Shown here piece by piece: positions 1-11,598 of a DNA stretch of 64,000 nt. The first letter of the stretch is position 1; each line of letters starts with the position of its first letter. This stretch comes from Bilabrum cf. latius (Eukaryota), in contig OZ237745.1 of assembly GCA_965178125.1 (NCBI GenBank), positions 558,001 through 622,000 on the forward strand, written 5' to 3'. Below the pieces are notes generated by a model. It had not been told where the DNA came from, ran no database searches, and saw only the letters and a list, made by a program, of their open reading frames with translations. Made by a program: the position numbers and the translations under genes.

Positions 1-3000
1 CTGGCGGACCCGGGAGCAGGCGCGGGCGTGCTCGCTTTCCCGGCAGAGGTAGAGGCACCGCCATGATCCTGATCTTGATCCTGCTCCGCATCGTTGTCGG
101 CGTTGCTTGCACCCTGCATGCGGCCTAGCAGGTCCTGGAACGCGCCCAGGTCTGCCGTCTGCTCGTCGCCGTCCCCCTCGACTTCGTTGTCGATCTCGCT
201 GGCATCAAGGCCGCTGAGCGCCGCTGTGCGGTCGCCGTCATCTTCCAGTCCGGCGGTGGACTTGCTGGCCTTGGACTGCGCTGAGAGGCGGGCCGAGCGG
301 CGACGGCCGCTGCGGGTGCCTGCGCCACTGGATGCGGAGGCTGGTGCCTTTGCCTTGGTCCTGCCCGTGCTCTTGGCAGAGCTTGTTCCCTGGGTCTTAT
401 GCTTCTTTGCGCTGCTCCTGGCGCTGCGGGTGCTCCTGGCTGATGCGGGGGCAGCAGCAGGCTCGTCCTCCTCCTCCTCCTCATCCTCCTGACCTGCCGC
501 TGCCTCCTCCGCGGCTGCATCCAGCATTGCCTGCATGGACGATGATCCCGCACCGGCGCCGGCAAACGTCGCCCTGCGTGCCGCCGCCATGCGGCTCCGA
601 CGCACCACCGCCTGCTGGGCCGAACCCCCTGCGCCCGCGCCAGCACGAGCGCTGTTGGCCTTGCCGGCAGATCGACCCGGCGCTGCTGAGCCTCTCGGCG
701 TTCCGCTGCCTCGAGAAGCGGAGGCCGGACCACTGGCATGCGCAGCCTCCTCGTCCTCGTCCTCATCTTCCTCTTCGTCCATGTCGATGTCTCCTTCGTC
801 GTCCATGGGTGCTTGTTCCCCGGCCTCAGCAGCGGCCTACCTGGCGGCCTGCTGCATGGCGTCTTCGTCCTCATCCAGCGCAGAGTCGATCGAGGCGCTC
901 TCGAGGCTGGCCACGTCCTCATGCTCACCTACCATGGCCATCGCGCCGGAGTCGGTTCTTCCGGTTGCAGTGGCGGTTGTCTCCACCTCTGCCACCATTG
1001 GCGCGGCGCCAGCGGAACCGTCCGCCGCCATTTCCATCGAGGCAGACCTCTAGTGCCTCGGGGCCAGGGAAGCTCGCCTGCTGCTGCTGGCGGCAGATGA
1101 CCTCCTGGCCCTGCTCTTGCGGCCACTCCTGCTCTTTCGCCCGCTGCTTGGCAGCTGAACCTCCACGTCGGCGCCCTCCTCTTGGCCATCTCCCTGCCCC
1201 TGCCCCTGCTGCTGCTGCTGCTGCCCGTCCTCGCCATCGTCGCTGTCCTCCGTTTCATCCCCGTCCCCGTCTTCCTCCTGGATCCCCGTCCTGGACCTCC
1301 CGCTTGCGTCCTCCCAGTGAGACAGGATGGACGAGTTCACCGCGGTGGCCTTCGTCTGCTCCTCCTCCTCCTCCTCCTCTTGCCCCTGTTCCTGCTCCTC
1401 CCCCAGGTCGTCTTCAAAGGTGAGCCGCACCTGCCCATCCGGCCCGTCAGGGGCCGCTGCCCCCGGCCTCGTCTGCGAGCCAGCGGAGCGCGGGGCCTGA
1501 GAGGAGCGCGAGGACGATGCCGAGGAGGAGGAGGAAGAAGACGCTGCTGCTGCAGCAGCTGCAGCAGAACCCCCCGTGCTGGGCTCCGACCCAGCCATCG
1601 AAAAGAGATCTCTGGCCTCGTGGGACGGCAGTGGTGTCATGGATACCACGGGTGAGTGCTTGCGGAACTCTGCCGCGCGGGGTGACCCAAATGCGACTTT
1701 CCTTCTCTCCGATGTCCTCGCTCTCGTCTTGTGCCCGCGGAGAGCGCTCAAGATGCCGCGGGAGGGGGTCTGCATTCCAAAGGGGGGGAGATATAATAGA
1801 GACAAGAGAAAGGGATAGTGGATGGGGCTAAAGGAGGCTCAATGGGGGCTAGATGACTGCCGCAGAGAGTGGAGTAGCGTAGAGTCCACTGTGGGGCTGC
1901 TGCGGGAGCTGCTACCAACCACCGAGGAATACAAACGATAGGAACGTACGTCTCACCTTGCTCCTATGCATTGGCCCAACATGCGCGTCAGCGTCAACCT
2001 GCGCCTGAGCCCCGCCAGCTTCAGTCCCTGGCGGGGTGGAGACCTTTCGCTCCTGCTCTTGCTCGTCCTCGGCATCATCATCGCCACCGTCGTGGCCCGT
2101 CTCGACCGCAAACGAAACGTGATGCTACTACTGCTGTTGCTGCTCTTCCCCCTCAGCGGATGGTTTGCTGGAGGCGGAGGAAGCAGCAGATGATGACGAG
2201 TGGGACTCCTGGAGAGCTTTGGCAGCCGCGCCGATGGCTGCCTCGGCGGCGAGCACCTGAGTGTCGTCGTCCTCCTCCTCGTCCCCGTGCTCGCCGTCCT
2301 GGCCGCCTTGCATGTCGTTGAAGAAATTCATCAGCTCTGCCATTGCTGTGGGAGAGGCTGTTTGGCGCTCTTTGGTGGAGCGGTGCGGCCCCGGGGCACC
2401 GCTGGTGCTGCTTGCGGCAGGCTCGCCCATCGCCTCCAAACCGAGCACGTCGGCCTCCGACCCTTCGCTGATCGCGGCGCTCGCTACGCTACGGCGAGAA
2501 GAACGACTGGATCTACGACTGCGTCCGCCGACTGATTTCTTGCCGCTGCTTTTCGGTGGTGCTGGCTGGTTCTCGTTGTTGCCGGCTGCGAAGGTTGAAG
2601 CAAGACACTCGGTGCGACGCACGGCCCTCAATGAAACAGATTTTAACACGATATTTCCTCCGAGAGAAAACAACTCACCAGCTCCGAGTAGGTCTTGTAG
2701 CGTACCCATGTCGACCGTCTTGTCATCGCTAGCTGCAGAAGCGCGGGACCTCGTCTGCGCGTGGTCGAGAGTTGCCGCAGCACTTAGTATACCATGCCAT
2801 GAAGCCATAACACACATGAATACAATAAATACACGAAAAACTTACTGATGCAGCCAATCTAGGGCTCCGACGAAGCTTGCTTAGGCTTTCTGGACGGCGG
2901 GAGGACTGCGCACACAGGTGGATCAGGCCGACTGAGTTTCGTTGAGACTTCCTTTGAGAAAAAAGTTCTGTAGCCGCATGCAATCGGTAAACATACGTTT

Positions 3001-3026
3001 TGATGACGGCTAGGTGAAAGCGCCAT
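1..3026 (-). CDS. KNL1/Spc105-like kinetochore scaffold, N-terminal disordered part (runs off the left edge)
   Basis: ATG at 3026. Predicted GT-AG introns 2996-2906, 2845-2755, 2678-2586 and 1956-1770. Carries an SILK-like RGILS and an RVxF-like RKVAFGSP PP1-docking pair, plus repeated MELT-like motifs (DDKTVDMGTLQDLL, DEQTADLGAFQDLL). In-frame TAGs at 2128, 2125, 1050 and 837; the frame stays open to base 1. Confidence 0.55.
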
Positions 3027-3182
3027 TGTTGTGGTCTGAAGCGCTGCCGATGCTGGTGCTGCAAGCCGTTTGTTGGGCAACGGACGGCAACTTGCCGGCG
3101 CCGCGCAATTAAATGTTCCGCACACCGCAAGGAAAACCGCGTCGGGACATGAATGCATTCTTTTGCAATTCAAATACGAATA

Positions 3183-5103
3183 ATGGCCGCTGCCTCTGGA
3201 TCTGCCGACCTTACCTTTGAGAAGTATGATGTTAGTTTTTGTAGTCTTAGCGATGCGGTCACAAGGTTTCGCGGCTGTCACAGATCGCACAGCTCGGGAT
3301 GTGCTCATGATGTGTGATGCTCGACTTGTTGTTTCGTCCTTATAATTCGCAGTTCCTGAAAGAGTTGGGCATCACTGGTTCAAATGGTGGTGTGTATGAC
3401 GGTAAGACCTGCATGCGTAGTCGTTTAGTCGAAGTACTGCCTGCTGAGCTGGTTCCCTTCCGAGTGTTCCCGCGCTTTCCAACTGGATCGCGCGGGAACT
3501 GCATCGATTGCGGTCCCGGCGCGAGGATACTATGTCCATTCGCGCAGTTCAATGTGTTAATAAGCTTGCAACACTCCGCCATTCCTCCCACACTCCTCCC
3601 AATGCGCTCCCCGCAGGCGAGTGGAAGGGCTCCGGTGGCGCGGTCACCTCCATGAACCCCGCGACTGGCGAGGCCGTAGCCACGGTGGCGCAGGGTACTG
3701 CTGACGAGTACAAGTCGTGCCGCGCGGCCATGGACGCCGCGAAGAAGGACTGGGCCGAGATGCCGGCCCCCAAGCGCGGCGAGATCGTGCGCCAGATCTC
3801 GAACGCGATCCGCGACAAGATCGAGCCCCTGGGCAAGATCATCTCCCTGGAGATGGGCAAGATCCAGGCGGAAGGAATCGGCGAGGTGCAGGAGATCGTG
3901 GACATGTGCGACATGGCTGTCGGTCTCTCCCGGTCCATCAACGGGCAGGTGATCCCCAGCGAGCGCGAGGGGCACACCATCCTCGAGCAGTGGAACCCCC
4001 TCGGCCACGTGGCCGTCATCTCCGCCTTCAACTTTCCCATGGCCGTGCTGGGCTGGAACATGGCCCTGTCCATGATCTGCGGCAACTGCACGCTGTGGAA
4101 GGGTGCGCCCTCCACCTCGCTGTGCTCTGTGGCACTCACGAGGGTCATCGCCGACGTGCTCAAGAAGAACGACATCCACCCCGGCGTGTTTGTTCTCTGC
4201 CAGGGCGACGCTGACGTCGGCGAGATGATCACGGCGGACCCTGGGATCCCCCTGGTGTCCTTCACTGGGTCCTCGCAGGTGGGCCGCAGAGTCAGCGAGG
4301 TGGTGCACGGCCGATTCGGGCGCACCATCCTCGAGTGCTCCGGCAACGCCGCGGTGATCGTGATGCCCTCCGCCAACATGGACCTGGCTCTCAGGGCCGT
4401 TCTGTTCGGGTCCGTGGGCACTGCCGGCTAGCGGTGCACCACCTCGAGGCGGCTCCTCGTGCACGAGGCCGTGTACGACGAGTTCGTGAGCAAGCTGGCC
4501 AAGTCCTACGGGAGCGTGCCTGCGGGCAACCCCCTGGAGGAGGGCACCCTCCTGGGCCCCGTGCACTGCGAGCGGGCGGTGAAGGAGTACGAGGCCGCGG
4601 TCAAGGAGGCCACCGAGGAGGGCGGCAAGGTGCTCGTCGGCGGCAAGCGCATGGACAGGGCGGGGTACTACGTGGAGCCCACCATCGTGGAGATGTCCTC
4701 GTGCAAGGCCGAGAGCATGAAGGAGGAGGCCTTCGTGCCCGTGCTGTACGTGGCCAAGGTAAAGTCCCTGGAGGAGGCCATCGAGGCCAACAACTCGGTC
4801 AAGCAGGGCCTCAGCTCAGCCCTCTTCAGCACCGACATGAGGGAGGTGTTCAAGTGGGTGGGGCCCTCGGGGTCTGACTGCGGACTCGTCAACGTGAATG
4901 CGGGCTCCTCGGGCGCCGAGATCGGCGGGGCGTTCGGAGGAGAGAAGGAGACTGGCGGGGGGCGCGAGAGCGGCTCCAACGCCTGGCAGCAGTACATGCG
5001 CCGGTCCACCTGCACCATCAACTTCACAGACAACCTGCCGCTTGCGCAGGGCATCAAGTTCGGTGGAGGTGACGACGATGCGGCCGCTGGGGGAGGCAAG
5101 TGA
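3183..5103 (+). CDS. ALDH7A1: Aldehyde dehydrogenase family 7 (antiquitin / alpha-aminoadipic semialdehyde dehydrogenase)
   Basis: Exons 3183-3230, 3353-3401 and 3617-5103. Motifs LTFEKYDFLKELG, ISAFNFP, SFTGS, catalytic loop VGTAG[TAG 4429-4431]RCTT, and [22 protein letters not shown]. Ends TGA. Confidence 0.97.
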
Positions 5104-5354
5104 GACCGGTCCAATCTGATTTCTGGCACGTCCCGAGCGTGTCGGGCAGTGCACAACCAAAACGGACATTTTAGCCGACGATCGGCACGGTAGGCTAGAG
5201 CTCATTCTCACTAATCACTGTGACACCAACAATCCCACGTCAATCTGCCAGCGCGCGAGTACGACTAGACTACGCCGCGATCGGCTTCGTCTGATCCGGA
5301 GCCGTTGGGCAATAGCCCAGTGGATTGCCCATGTGCATGTGTGCAGACGCCGCC

Positions 5355-6052
5355 ATGCCAGTGCGTTTAGCAGAAGCATACCAACCAGGCCGAAGAAGTC
5401 AAGAAGGGAAAGTGAGGCGTGGTAGGCGTCGTGCGCTGCCGCTTAAGCCCCCACCGCTGCGTCTCTGGTCGCTGTGCCCAATTGTGTCTGCTGCATGCGA
5501 GGCATGCATATAGGGGACCTATCAACCGATCGCTTTCTTTCCCACCTCGAGTGCCTGCCTTGCACCCAGATGCAGAGGACCCCGTTTTACCCCACGCTCG
5601 ACAGTGGGGGTCTGGGCATGGTCGAGCTGATCCGCAGCTATCTGCCGGCAAGGAGAGTCAAAGCGCTTCTTTGGAGGACTACGTGCGAGGCCAGGGGATA
5701 TGCGAGCATGGTATCCACGGCTGTAGCGGAGTGCAGCCCCCTGGAGCTGGCCAGGAGGCTCAGGCTGGGCAAGCTGGTGGGCGGGCTCAGCCGCCGGGCT
5801 GTCCCGAAGAGGTAGAGTGGACTGCGGGGGCTCCAAGGTCAGCAAGAGCCTACTGGAAGCAGTAAGGCACGGGAGGCAACTGATGTGCGTGATATTGCCA
5901 CAAGAAGTAGCAGATTGATGCGCCTGTGCGCCTGTGGGGCCGACGGTGTGGCCCGGCGGCGCCGCGCGGACTCTGTTGCGGAACGCTTTGGCCGATCCGA
6001 TTGGTTAAATCTTCAAGAAGTACAAAGCATTCTAAACATATTAGTAGTTTGA
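5355..6052 (+). CDS. Hypothetical protein (probably spliced at the 5' end)
   Basis: The frame of ORF 5474-5815 continues through TAG 5813 to TGA 6050-6052. Kozak-like gccgccATG at 5355 is followed by a possible intron. No recognised domain. Confidence 0.4.
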
Positions 6053-6123
6053 ATACAGCGCTTTCATCCTGCAATCGACTTGTAGGCTGTATCATAACCA
6101 GTGGTATTGCGTAGACTAGTGGA

Positions 6124-7908
6124 ATGCGAACTAGAATCGGTGTTGCACTTGCAGTCTTTGCGGTGGGTTGTGGTGCTACCGAGCCGCAGGAAGCACCAAG
6201 TACCGAGTTTAGTTCCATTGAGCTTCCACCGCAAAGTTGCGATGTCAGTGTGGTTGACTTGCAAGGTATGGAGTTTCAGGACGTGTTGGCGGCGCAAACT
6301 TGCACCGGACTGATGAACCGCAACCCAGGCGTAATTGGCGCGGCTTTTACGATCCAAACTGGTCAGCAGGACTGGGACTGGCTCAGTACGATGCAGTCGC
6401 AGAGCTCGTGGATTCGTAGCGTTCGCAACGTCACGTATCCTGACTTCGTGCAACGGTGCATGGCTTCCAACGTAACTGCAGGTTACATAAGATACCAGTA
6501 CTCGACGCAGCACCTGATCATTCCACAGCTCGTAACTGTAGCAGGGGTGGTGTCTGCTGTCCCCCTCGAGGATGGCTCGCCGTACACCAAGAACGCCTCG
6601 ATCGCGTTCGACGCAAGGGCAGTTTTCGGGACCAACAGCACGCTTCGGGAGGCTACTCAGTACATTTATGATCACTTTGTGGATAACACCACCACCATGG
6701 CGATGATGGATCCCGGTTTCACTGGAGCAGACAAGAACCCGTTCGCGCCGAACCTGACGCACTCGCCAAACGCTCGGCTGATCGACTTTATCGTGCAGCA
6801 GCGGTTGTTCAACTTCTACATGGTCGAAGCTTGCATCCCTCTCACGGATGATCACGCGCTTATGGATACGATCGCCGCCAGCAACCCCTGGCCGCGCCCC
6901 ATCCCCGTGTGGGGGTACGATAACACCTTCCCCATCCTGGGGGGCGATTTCTTCGAGGCGGAGACCTTCTGTTCCTCCCAGCACAACATGGGCCAGATCG
7001 CTTCCGACTCGGTGGACAACCTCTCTTTCTTCACCCTGGACGCGCCCATCACGGAACCCATGCCGCAGAACCCCACCCACGTCCCCACGTACAACAGCAG
7101 CAAGACCTACCTGGCCATCACCGTGGGTGATGGGGACAACCTGTCATTTATGCAAGGCGGCAGGAGGACATGGATGCAGCAGCGAGTGGCCAAGTGCAAG
7201 CAAGACCCCTCCTACAACGGCTGCTTTCCGCTCCTGTGGTCGGCCTCCCCGCACATGCTGCAGCACGCGCCTGCCTGGGCCAAGTGGTACTACGGCGAGG
7301 CAAGGGCCACTGGGAACGACTACTTCGTCCTGCCTCCCAGCGGGCACCTGTATGCCTACCCATCAATCATGTCTCCTGAGGATTAGGCGAGTTTCGTAAA
7401 GCAGACGGAGGAGGACGCCAGGCTCATGTCAACCAACTCGGCGGTGGCGTGGGAATTCGCCCTGAGCTGGGGCAAGGCGATCGACGAGTACTTTCCGCAG
7501 TACGACGAGGGGCAGATCGTGCAGTCATTCTTTGCAGTGAATGTTCCTTTCATGCTGCCCGTGCTTCCCTTCTTGGGAGGGAAGGAGTTCTTCAAAGTGC
7601 TGGGCAACCACTCCCGGGTCGTGCTCTTCAAGCCAAGGGAGTGGCGGGGCACGGACAAGTCCAGGTCGCCCCCACTCGGGCAAGGCTCGTACCTAACGGC
7701 CCAGGAAATGGCTGCAGAGGTCAACGGGTACCCAGGCGGGACCGTGACGCAGATCTATGTGACGAGTGACGGGGGCGCTAACCTGGACACGATCTACTCT
7801 CTGGTGCCTCTGCTGGGCGAGCACGTGCAGCTGGTGGACCACGAGGCACTGGCGGTCATGGCGCTGGCAAGCCATGGGGAAAAGCGGGGCAGGGGCGGAG
7901 GAGGGTGA
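6124..7908 (+). CDS. Secreted GxGYxYP-family putative glycoside hydrolase
   Basis: Signal-peptide-like N-terminus. GDGDN and LPPSGHLYAYPS motifs are typical of the GxGYxYP C-terminal domain. ORFs 6124-7386 and 7426-7908 are one frame joined by TAG 7384-7386. Ends TGA. Confidence 0.75.
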
Positions 7909-8405
7909 CCGCCGGGTGCGCTCTCAGTCTGTGCCGCGCGCTATCTAGAGATGCTCCTACTGGCGGCACACGGGTGGGGCTGCTGTCGCGGACTGTGGCC
8001 ATCTCTTATCATACGGATATATGAGATTGCTGCGCGCGCGGAGAGGCTTTATTTATATCCCATGCCGCAGTCGTGGATCTGCAGCAGTGGTGCCCGCGCC
8101 AACACAAGTTTCGCGGATCGAGGGGCTTGCCTCTCTCAGTGGCACCTCTGTAGGCTTGAAATATAAACAAGGAAACTAGTTTGTACACTTGGAACGCCGT
8201 GTACGTGTCTGACAAGCGCGCGAATCTGCCGAACCTGTTGCACGGAACCTCGCGCCCGAGCCCTACGGGGATGTCGCTGTCCTCCCGTGCCGGACTTGTA
8301 AATTGCCAGGCTGCTGGTGAGAAGTGTCCGCATGCGCAGCAGTGCTTTCCTCCACGTGCAAGCAAAGTGAAACCCAAATGTGGCCTTCCCTCGATCGGGC
8401 GCTGC

Positions 8406-9756
8406 TTATTTCTTGAGCGGCACCACCAGCGTGAACGTGCGCCCGTCGTGCATCTCTGCTCCGTTGCTCATGTACTCGATGTCGCCAGAGGGCCCGAACA
8501 CGAGCTTGGGCCTTTCTCGCCTGCTTAAGTTCATGATCGTGCCATTGGCTAGTGGCACGTAGGTGCTATATGCCCGCGTGATGGTGCTGAAGTTGAGACC
8601 GTCGCGGGAGAAGGCGTGCCCTCCGGCCCAGCCAGGGGAGGGGATGGGGCTTGTGCTGTGCTCGCCGATGGGGTCGAACATACGGTGGTACAGCACGTGC
8701 CAATTGCCCCGCTTGTCCCGATACATGAAAGGGTCTTCCTCGCACTTCTCGCAGTAGTCGAGATTCCCGGTGATGAACGTGTAGGGGCCCCTCCAAGTAT
8801 CGGCGTGGGCGACCGACTCGCCGGCCCAGGGGGCAGTCAGTGTGTGCACCATCACGCGCACGGAGGAGTCGGGCATCAAGTACGGCGCTGGGTTCCAGTT
8901 TTTCATGGAGAATGACTGCTGGCCGATAGGGTTGTTCGTAAAGTTGGTGTAGTACGGCTTGAACGGGCCTTCGGGGCCATCCACGCTGTAGTGCAGGGTG
9001 AACGGCGTGACTCCATCAGAAGTCGACGAAGTACGGACCGGGGGCAGCTCATCTACACTAATCTTATTCGTTGGCGTGTGGCTCGCGGCATCCCCAGGCG
9101 TGCAGTTCTTGGACGGTTTCGTAGGAACGCCGTTCCCGAGCGTGAAGATCACCCACGCGTCCCTTGCCTCGCGGCCATCTGCAGCCACCTCTCCCATTCC
9201 GATCGCTCCGCCAGGGACATGAATAGCCTCTGGGTTGTGAGCCCATATCGGAACGACCATGGAAATCCGGTGAAATGGCCCAAGCGGTGTATCGCTAACT
9301 GCAACAGCAACTTGTGAATTTGATGTCCACTGCCCAAGTGAACAGTGCTCTGCCATCTCCGCAGCGTACATGTAATACTGCAGATCAATGGAAAATGTGA
9401 TGCAAATAAATCTAACTCTGCCAACTCATAATTGCCAGAAAGCATTGTACATCTTGAGCTGCACTCACCTTGCTGGTAGATGGGTCTTTAAGAATGGACC
9501 CGCCCCAGGTAGTAACAATGTTTGCTTTTTCGTCTCCTTCAAAACCGCAACCACCCTCTGGGTAGCACGATTGAACTGGCTAGAAAGCCAGAAGTGAGCA
9601 GTTCGATGCTCCCTGCCATGCTGCGTCGCATGCGCACTTTCCATCCGAGCATACGCCATTCAAGAAACAGTCCTCATCCGTCCCACACGATCCATCTGAA
9701 GCAGCCCTAACAGCCACAAATGATCCAACGACTGCAGCTGCAAACGCCCTCAGCAT
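8406..9756 (-). CDS. Secreted GH43-like beta-propeller glycoside hydrolase with an N-terminal EGF-like Cys module
   Basis: MLRAFAAAVVGSFVAVRA signal, then CGTDEDCFLNGVCSDGKCACDAAWQG. TAG at 9580-9582. Intron 9468-9378 joins TWGGSILKDPSTSK to YYMYAAEM. HNP, EDPF and RRERP motifs. Ends TAA at 8406. Confidence 0.75.
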
Positions 9757-10559
9757 CGATGTTTTTTGAAGTATGCCGCATGCGGCTGTGCGTCGAACGG
9801 ATGACTTTGGGTTACGTGCGAATTCTGTTAAAGAATAAGGCCAGATCCAAAGATTTTGACAGGATTAATCAACTTGCAATTTAAATTATTCGGGTCATAT
9901 CCGCCGTTGCGCTGTTGCAGCGCCCCCTTCCCCCTGCAATCACCCCTCACCCCCCGCGGGACAAGGTAGACCGCCTCCTCTGCTGCATTTGGGATCACAA
10001 AGCAAGCCTGCCCGACGACTGGTGATCTCGGGGAGCTCTGCCTGCCCCTCAGCACTGATGAACCAGCCGCCGCCACCAGCCGACCGCTGTTCCCTGCCCC
10101 ATAATCCACCCGCAAAGGTCACAGGGATTGACTTATCCACCTCTGTCCCGTACGCCTAGAGTGGAGGGCAGCGCGATTCTGCACACCAGCTCGGGTGCCG
10201 CCCCGCTGCTACTTGCCATCCACCCTCAGTCGGTACATGTACTCCCAGCCTTCGTCCACGAGGAAGCAGGGATAGCCCGCATCCCTCGCCCCCGTGTCTC
10301 GCCCCCCCCCCCCGGACGGGTAGCACCGGTCTACCCGTCGGGGGGGGACTCCGCTCATGGACCGGCTGGCCTTCTCTCGAATTGGTCCCTGCCGTCGCCC
10401 TCAACGGGGTCTAGCTGCCCCCCGCAAACCTGCCTTTAGTGAGCCAGTCTATACAGCGTTTTCGCTCACCCTAAAGTCAGAGTTCAACTTGTGGCGTTCT
10501 GGCGTCGCGCAGACCAACACCCCAAACCGCCAGAAGACGACGACAGCGAGTTTTGCGCA

Positions 10560-11396
10560 TTACGAATTACAAGAGCGTGTCTTGGAGCACTGCATAGGTG
10601 TCGCTCTTGGACATACACTCCCTTCAAAGACCACGAACTCGCTGTTCGGGATCCGGCCCGGAGCGTAGTGGGAGAACGACGTGTTGGTTTGGCTAACAAC
10701 CTGGCCACCGACAAACGTATCCACTGCCATCAGCACGGGCTAGGAATTCTCGCGGCTCCACGGGGCCCGAATATCACAATAATGCCTCTATCTCTCAACT
10801 TGAGGCCCTGAAGCTGCATGATGGGAGCTCGATACGGACATGTTGAACTGGATCAGCTCCAGCAGCCGCCCTCGGATTGACCGCTCTCCTTCGTCGACAG
10901 CATCCGATGGGAATGTAAGCTGGTGTAGGGGTGCTTCTGATGCATCGATTGGGCAATACCACCGCGATGATCAATGCGGCGGCAACGAGGGTCGGCATAT
11001 TTGAAAGTCTGCAGCGGGCAGCTCGGACCAAACTTTAAGCTGTAGACGACTGACCTGGCAAAACCGGGAGCTATTGAGCTTCATCAGCCGAAGCTGATTG
11101 AAATCAGACAGGAATAGCTCTCCTGACGAGAACACATCCATGGTTGCCTAATTTGCTACCGAGAAGTAGTAGCTGTACTCTAAAGAGCTTCCTGCGGCGC
11201 GCGTAAATCCATCAAACATGGTATTTTCATGGCAAGACACAATTTGCATGATTGTCGTGGTTCCTACTGAGATCTCACGACGTGATGGCGTTCCCGACAC
11301 AACAGCTAGTTTTGCCTTGAAATCAGGGGCCAACACTGGCAGCGAATTAGGCATTGCAAATGTTGTGCCAATCATGGACAACGTAAGTAGCATCAT
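10560..11396 (-). CDS. Small secreted protein, possibly ependymin-related / lysosomal type
   Basis: Signal-like MMLLTLSMIGTTFA. TAGs at 11148, 10788 and 10740. Intron donor at 11054. C-terminal FSHYAPGRIPNSEFVVFEGSVCP. Ends TAA at 10560. Mostly invisible in the standard-code ORF track. Confidence 0.5.
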
Positions 11397-11598
11397 GTTG
11401 ATGCCGTCGAGCTTTTATATCTTCTGGTCTGGTGGCACTTATTCGTCGGTTGGTGAGTGAGAGCAGCTGCCGGAGCTATTTCTCCGGCACCGACGGCTGG
11501 CTGTTCCGGCATTGCCGTTACTGATGATGGACTCAGCACAGCTGGTGCTCGATCCGTTGACGGCAGATCACAGAATCTTTCAACTTGACGCCATGCAA

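Noticed and set aside
4400-4460. TAGs as ends of tiny in-frame introns
   Set aside because: The residues on both sides align colinearly with orthologues (ALDH7, WASHC5), leaving no sequence to splice out.
6124-9756. Bacterial contamination or a recoded phage (table 15) origin
   Set aside because: Spliceosomal introns and contiguous eukaryote-specific genes (WASHC5, UTP10, YIF1, PP5) show this is a nuclear genome.
10460-10480. CACCCTAAA as a telomerase RNA template
   Set aside because: It is not a 1.5-repeat template and has no supporting structure.
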